Shown: piece after piece, positions 59,517 to 64,000 of the stretch
Position numbering within the stretch: position 1 is the first letter of the stretch
How the letters are laid out: each line of letters starts with the position of its first letter
Sequence record: NC_023719.1
Strand: one strand, 5' to 3'
DNA: 64,000 bases
The notes under the pieces: model-generated
The model's input: only the letters and a program-made list of their open reading frames with translations
Databases searched by the model: none
Told to the model about the DNA's origin: nothing
Position numbers and translations under genes: made by a program

Positions 59517-60209
59517 ATGAAAGACTTAACTGATAAGATTTTACAAATATTAAAAGAGGAAGGGATAGAAGATAGAGATATTAGAAGTCAATTATCTCAG
59601 GTTGTCGATAATATCGAAAGTAGATTGTGGATGAAAATACCTTTATCACTTCCTCTGTTATACAATTTAAAAGACACAGTTTGGTATAACTTAGAGCATT
59701 TACCAAGTGGCGGAAAAGAAAAAGGTATTGATGACTTAAGACTAATTGGTTCAAAATATCCAACATTTATGTTTTATGGAAATGATGATTTCTATATTAC
59801 TAATGATGTATTAAAAGATTTACTAAAAGAACTCGAGGATATTCTAAAACAATGGTCTAATGAATGGGTATTCGTACAATTGTTTACTAAATCTACTAAT
59901 GGTTGGAATGGTGGAGAAAACAATCCATCTCCAGTAGTTATTTATGATCCAAACAAAGGTGAATCTCCTTCGAAATATGGTTATCAACCTTCAAAGTCCC
60001 AATTTAAAATATTTAGTACAAACGGAGACATCATAGTTCCAGAAAAACAAGAAATGGTTTTATGTTCACTTGAAACAAAGTTAGGTATTTATGGTAGAGA
60101 ACCAATGATGAAAGCTCAGTTAGAAAGATTAATTTATACATGCAAGAAATGTATTGAAGGTAATAAGGGTATGTTGATTGACACTGAGAATTATAATTAT
60201 TCGAACTAA
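59517..60209 (+). CDS. hypothetical protein
   Basis: 230 aa ORF; terminator. Confidence 0.75.
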   Translation: MKDLTDKILQILKEEGIEDRDIRSQLSQVVDNIESRLWMKIPLSLPLLYNLKDTVWYNLEHLPSGGKEKGIDDLRLIGSKYPTFMFYGNDDFYITNDVLKDLLKELEDILKQWSNEWVFVQLFTKSTNGWNGGENNPSPVVIYDPNKGESPSKYGYQPSKSQFKIFSTNGDIIVPEKQEMVLCSLETKLGIYGREPMMKAQLERLIYTCKKCIEGNKGMLIDTENYNYSN

Positions 60210-60298
60210 TGAGATAACTATGTTATCTCATTTTTATTTAAAAAAATATTTTGCTTATCATAGAATATATATTACATAGGTTAGGAGGAAGAATTCAC

Positions 60299-61174
60299 AT
60301 GACAGAAACTTTATTAGTAGTAGATGGAAATTCAATAGCTTGTCGAGGTGCCTTTGTAAAACCAACATTGACAAACTCTAAAGGGCGAGAAACTGGAGGT
60401 AGTTTTAGATTTTTTAGTATGTTAGATAAAGCTATGCGAATGGTTAGAGCAACTCACGTAGTAGTTAGTTGGGATGTTGGTGGTCAAACATTCAGAAATG
60501 TTATTGACGAAACTTACAAAGCTAACAGATTACCTAAAGGTGATTCTTTATACCATCAATTTGATGACATCAAACTTATTCTTGATGCTGTAGGTATTAA
60601 ACATGTTGGGATTCAAGGATATGAGGGAGATGACATTGTTGGTACTTATGCATCTGTTATTGGTCCAGATAAGATTTATGTATTTAGTGGTGACAAAGAT
60701 AATTTCCAATTAATTGATGATAATGTTAGAGTTCTTTATCCATTGACTGGTAGCGAAATGAGAACTGTCGATAGAGAGTATTTTGAAAAGAGCTACGGTA
60801 TTAAAGTTGAACAATTTGTTGATATGAAAACTCTAATGGGTGATGGCGGAGATAATGTTAAGGGAATTGAGAAATGCGGAGAAAAAACAGCCGCTAAGTG
60901 GTTAAATACTTATGGTGACCTAGAAAACATCATCTTAAACGCTGGAGATATTAAAGGGAAAATTGGAGAAAACTTACGCAGTTGGATACCAGATGCTTAC
61001 AAAACAAGAGATTTAGTGAGAATCGACAGAACAGTTGAAGTTCCTTATAAATACGAAGACTTGAAGATTGATCTAAAATGGGAAGAAGCTGAACCAATTT
61101 TTAGAGAATTAGAATTCTTCTCCTACATTAAAAAAGCAAAACAAGGAGGATTTTATAATGTCTCAACGTGGTAG
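60299..61174 (+). CDS. 5'-3' exonuclease/flap endonuclease (Pol I N-terminal-like)
   Basis: VVDGNS, YKANR, YEGDDIVG, SGDKDNFQL, GDGGDNVKGI...GEKTA; ATG 60299 after AGGAGG. Confidence 0.95.
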   Translation: MTETLLVVDGNSIACRGAFVKPTLTNSKGRETGGSFRFFSMLDKAMRMVRATHVVVSWDVGGQTFRNVIDETYKANRLPKGDSLYHQFDDIKLILDAVGIKHVGIQGYEGDDIVGTYASVIGPDKIYVFSGDKDNFQLIDDNVRVLYPLTGSEMRTVDREYFEKSYGIKVEQFVDMKTLMGDGGDNVKGIEKCGEKTAAKWLNTYGDLENIILNAGDIKGKIGENLRSWIPDAYKTRDLVRIDRTVEVPYKYEDLKIDLKWEEAEPIFRELEFFSYIKKAKQGGFYNVSTW

Positions 61175-61925
61175 GAGAAATTATAAACCAAGACAGCAAA
61201 ATAATAATCAAATAAATAAAGAAGAGGCATCAGAGCAAAAAAATACTGATGACATAGTAAAAGAACCAACAGCTAAAATAATTGAGCCAGAAATTGAGAA
61301 AGAGACTGTTATTGAGAAACTTCAAGTGGTAGATCAAAAACCAATAAGTACAGAAGAGTGGATAGACGAGGTAATTAAATTAGAACCACCAAGTTCTACT
61401 CCCATAATCATTAATAGAGAAAAACAAAAAGAAAATAGAGATGAATGGTTGGAAGAAGTAATAAAACATAAGCCTGTTCAAGAAGAAATAGTAGTAGTTG
61501 AAGAACAGCCTGAAAAACAAATTGTTGAAAAGAAGCATGAAACAAAGAAAACTACAAAAGTAAAAGAGAGTAAAGAAAAAACAAGCAAGAAAGCCCACTA
61601 TGTTTTTGATAGAGATATTGAAACAGGTAAAATAAATAGAAAAACAGTTTCAGAAAATAAAAAAGAGGTGCAAACAATGAAGAGAGATAGTAAAAAAGAT
61701 ACAGGAAGAAAAATTAAACATTTAAATGCATTATATGAGCATAATGAAGATACAATTGCAAAATTAGAAATTGAAATTGAAGTTCATCAATTACAAAGAG
61801 ATAAAGAATTAGTACCAGAAAAGATTGCATCGTTAGAAGCAAAGATTAAAAATTACACAAATTCTTTAGAAGATATGATCACGAGAAAGAAAGTATTAGA
61901 AGAGTTAATAAGTAAATATCAATAA
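61158..61925 (+). CDS. low-complexity E/K-rich protein with C-terminal coiled coil
   Basis: AAGGAGG RBS; internal EW(I/L)(D/E)EVIK repeat. Confidence 0.8.
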   Translation: MSQRGRRNYKPRQQNNNQINKEEASEQKNTDDIVKEPTAKIIEPEIEKETVIEKLQVVDQKPISTEEWIDEVIKLEPPSSTPIIINREKQKENRDEWLEEVIKHKPVQEEIVVVEEQPEKQIVEKKHETKKTTKVKESKEKTSKKAHYVFDRDIETGKINRKTVSENKKEVQTMKRDSKKDTGRKIKHLNALYEHNEDTIAKLEIEIEVHQLQRDKELVPEKIASLEAKIKNYTNSLEDMITRKKVLEELISKYQ

Positions 61926-62014
61926 AAGAAAGGGATTAAATCCCTTTTTTTTATTAAGTAGGATAAAAACAAGTGAGTATTTGTATATATTAAATAATAA
62001 ATACAAATATAGAG

Positions 62015-62713
62015 GTGTACACATTGGCAGAAGGGTTAGTTCATAAAAATTTAAAAAGATTAGCTTTATATTTTTTGAAAGAGAAAGTAACGGATATCGT
62101 AGCAAACGAAGTAGACTTTGCAAATTCATGGTCAGTAGCTGATGCGGTTGGTTTAAATTTAAAAAGAAGAGAAGTAAGGGTTGTAGAGGTAAAAGCATCA
62201 AAAGGAGATTTTACAAGAGATAAGAAATTATTTGGTGATAAAACTTCTTATTTTTATCACGCTCATTATTCGTATATTATGTGTCCAACAAATGTTATTA
62301 AACCCGAAGAAGTACCATATGGCTATGGATTATTATGGGTTGATGAATATGATAAGATAGAAGTTATTAAAAAACCAATTAAGAATACTGCAAGACTGAA
62401 GACGTTATTTGATACAACACTTCGAAGAACCTGTAGATCATTAACTAATACTCATCTATATCATGAAGAAAATAAAGAAGCTAAAGACGAGACTCAAGGT
62501 CGCTTTAAGAGAAATGCAGATATTTTATTAGTGGCGGCAAGATGCCCTAATTGCAAGAAACATGCAAAAGAATTAATAAAGAAAGATGTTACTAAAACTA
62601 TTAAATGCAAGTGCAAGACTGAAATAGATATAACTAAAGCTAAAACAAGAGAAATTACAGGATTCAATAAAACATTTATTGATAAAATAAATAAATTAAA
62701 TGATACTGAATAG
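62015..62713 (+). CDS. MmcB-like PD-(D/E)xK nuclease with C-terminal zinc ribbon
   Basis: NEV, VADAVG, VVEVKASKGDF; CPNC...CKC. Confidence 0.7.
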   Translation: MYTLAEGLVHKNLKRLALYFLKEKVTDIVANEVDFANSWSVADAVGLNLKRREVRVVEVKASKGDFTRDKKLFGDKTSYFYHAHYSYIMCPTNVIKPEEVPYGYGLLWVDEYDKIEVIKKPIKNTARLKTLFDTTLRRTCRSLTNTHLYHEENKEAKDETQGRFKRNADILLVAARCPNCKKHAKELIKKDVTKTIKCKCKTEIDITKAKTREITGFNKTFIDKINKLNDTE

Positions 62714-62781
62714 TAGTATCATTTTTTTATTTGTCTCAAAAACAATTATAAAAACTATAAAGTTTTTTATATTTTTAAAAA

Positions 62782-63096
62782 GTGAGGGAGGATATATGTA
62801 TGACTGAAGAATTTTTGATTTCTAAGTTGGAGAGAGGTACTTTATGTAAAGTCGTAACAACCGAGCATAAGATGGTGAAGTCTGGTGATATAGTTGAATT
62901 CTGTTTTTTTAGTCATAATATAGGTTACAATTTTAAAAATAAAAAAGGCATTATGGTTTTATTTAAAAGTGATTCGGATTTTCAAGTAGTACCTCATGAA
63001 GATTCAGTAAGAGAGATTATAGATTTAGCATTATCAACGAAAGATGAAGAATGGTTTAATGAACTGTGTTTAAATTTAGCCAATAAAAATGATTAA
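62782..63096 (+). CDS. protein with C-terminal IDEAL domain
   Basis: IIDLALSTKDEEWFNEL. Confidence 0.75.
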   Translation: MREDICMTEEFLISKLERGTLCKVVTTEHKMVKSGDIVEFCFFSHNIGYNFKNKKGIMVLFKSDSDFQVVPHEDSVREIIDLALSTKDEEWFNELCLNLANKND

Positions 63097-63175
63097 ATGT
63101 GTTTCTCTTTTCTGTTAAAACGTCTGTTAGTATTACATATTATATATATAAACAGACATACGGAGGAACCTCTTA

Positions 63176-63898
63176 ATGGATAAATTACAAGTATATAACT
63201 TATTTAGAAAGAATAAAAAACTAAAAAAAGGAAAACTATTAACGTTTGAAGGCTTAGACGGTAGTTCGAAAGAAACTCAGACTAACAATCTTATTTCATA
63301 TTTGGAAAAAGAAGGTTACAAAGTTTTAAAAGTTGATTTTCCAAATTATGATAGTCCAATTGGTGAAGTAATTTCTTCTTATTTAAGAGGAGAATTTGGA
63401 AAATTAGAAGATGTACCGCTTAAATTAATTTCAATGGTGTATTCATCTGATAGAGCTAGATACGCTAATACAATTGAAAACCATATTAAAAATGGTGGAG
63501 TAGTTATAGCTAATAGATATACTTATTCTAACTTATTCCACGCTGCTAAAATGGAAAAAGAAGAACGAACTGAATTTATTGATTGGATAGAAGAAATAGA
63601 ATTCAACGAAATGAAAGTATTCCAACCAGATTACAATTTTTATTTATATGTTGACCCAACTATTTCTCTTAAAAGAATTGAAGAACGTGGAAAAAGAGGA
63701 TATCAAGAAGGTAAAGAAGATATTCACGAAAACAATTCAAAACTGTTAATAGACACAGCAGAAACATACTTAGATTTTGCAAAATCAAGAGATAATTGGG
63801 TAATAATTGATCAAATGAAAAAAGGTAAACAGTTACCAATAGATGTTGTTTTTGAAATGATAAAAGACGAAGTTAATAAAATTCTTATTGAAGAATAA
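63176..63898 (+). CDS. tmk: thymidylate kinase
   Basis: LLTFEGLDGSSKETQ, FPNYDSPIG, YSSDR, VVIANRYTYS, QPDYNFYL. Confidence 0.9.
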   Translation: MDKLQVYNLFRKNKKLKKGKLLTFEGLDGSSKETQTNNLISYLEKEGYKVLKVDFPNYDSPIGEVISSYLRGEFGKLEDVPLKLISMVYSSDRARYANTIENHIKNGGVVIANRYTYSNLFHAAKMEKEERTEFIDWIEEIEFNEMKVFQPDYNFYLYVDPTISLKRIEERGKRGYQEGKEDIHENNSKLLIDTAETYLDFAKSRDNWVIIDQMKKGKQLPIDVVFEMIKDEVNKILIEE

Positions 63899-64000
63899 TT
63901 TAATATAAGATGATTTAAACCTATAAAGTTATAACTTTATAGGTTTTTTTTATGTCTAAATAAAGAGTTTTTTAAAAGGTTATTTTTGAGGAGGAAGAAG

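Noticed and set aside
1238-62201. Many minus-strand or alternative-frame track ORFs (e.g. 1238, 4880, 15702, 33605, 51357, 61380)
   Set aside because: Shadow frames of real plus-strand genes: F/L/S/I-rich and lacking RBS or promoter.
1-64000. Alternative genetic code or tRNA/rRNA genes
   Set aside because: Known proteins are intact under code 11, and no T-loop/CCA cloverleaf or rRNA signature was seen.

Overview
Very AT-rich DNA from a large (probably jumbo) lytic phage of a spore-forming Bacillales host. Host-like YpiB/IDEAL, RsfA and DUF6241 genes point to Bacillaceae/Planococcaceae; the phage itself cannot be identified without a search. Bases 1-43.0 kb form an early/accessory region of about 75 mostly small plus-strand genes. 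Most sit in a stereotyped cassette: terminator hairpin, AAAAACAGTTTACA-17 bp-TATAAT sigma-A promoter, ATAAGG, GGAGTG RBS, ORF. I count about 50 such promoters by eye, and none after about 43.0 kb. The region also holds a SNF2 helicase, a GIY-YIG homing endonuclease, a SpoVK/CbbX-like AAA ATPase, RsfA, several GNAT and IDEAL proteins, an ADP-ribosyltransferase-fold protein, a minimal nucleotidyltransferase and a solo TnpB. Bases 43.3-64 kb carry tail/depolymerase-like genes, a second ART, a triple-GNAT protein, a frameshift-split 3D cell-wall enzyme, a 5'-3' exonuclease and thymidylate kinase. Non-coding highlights: a ~650-900 nt ornate RNA candidate (19.0-19.9 kb); tandem-hairpin RNAs, two of which carry antisense to the early-transcript leader; a dispersed family of about 14 inverted-repeat elements; an iteron-like array; and a 120-bp alternating purine-pyrimidine tract. 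No tRNA, rRNA or CRISPR array was found. All family calls come from motif recognition by eye, not from database searches.
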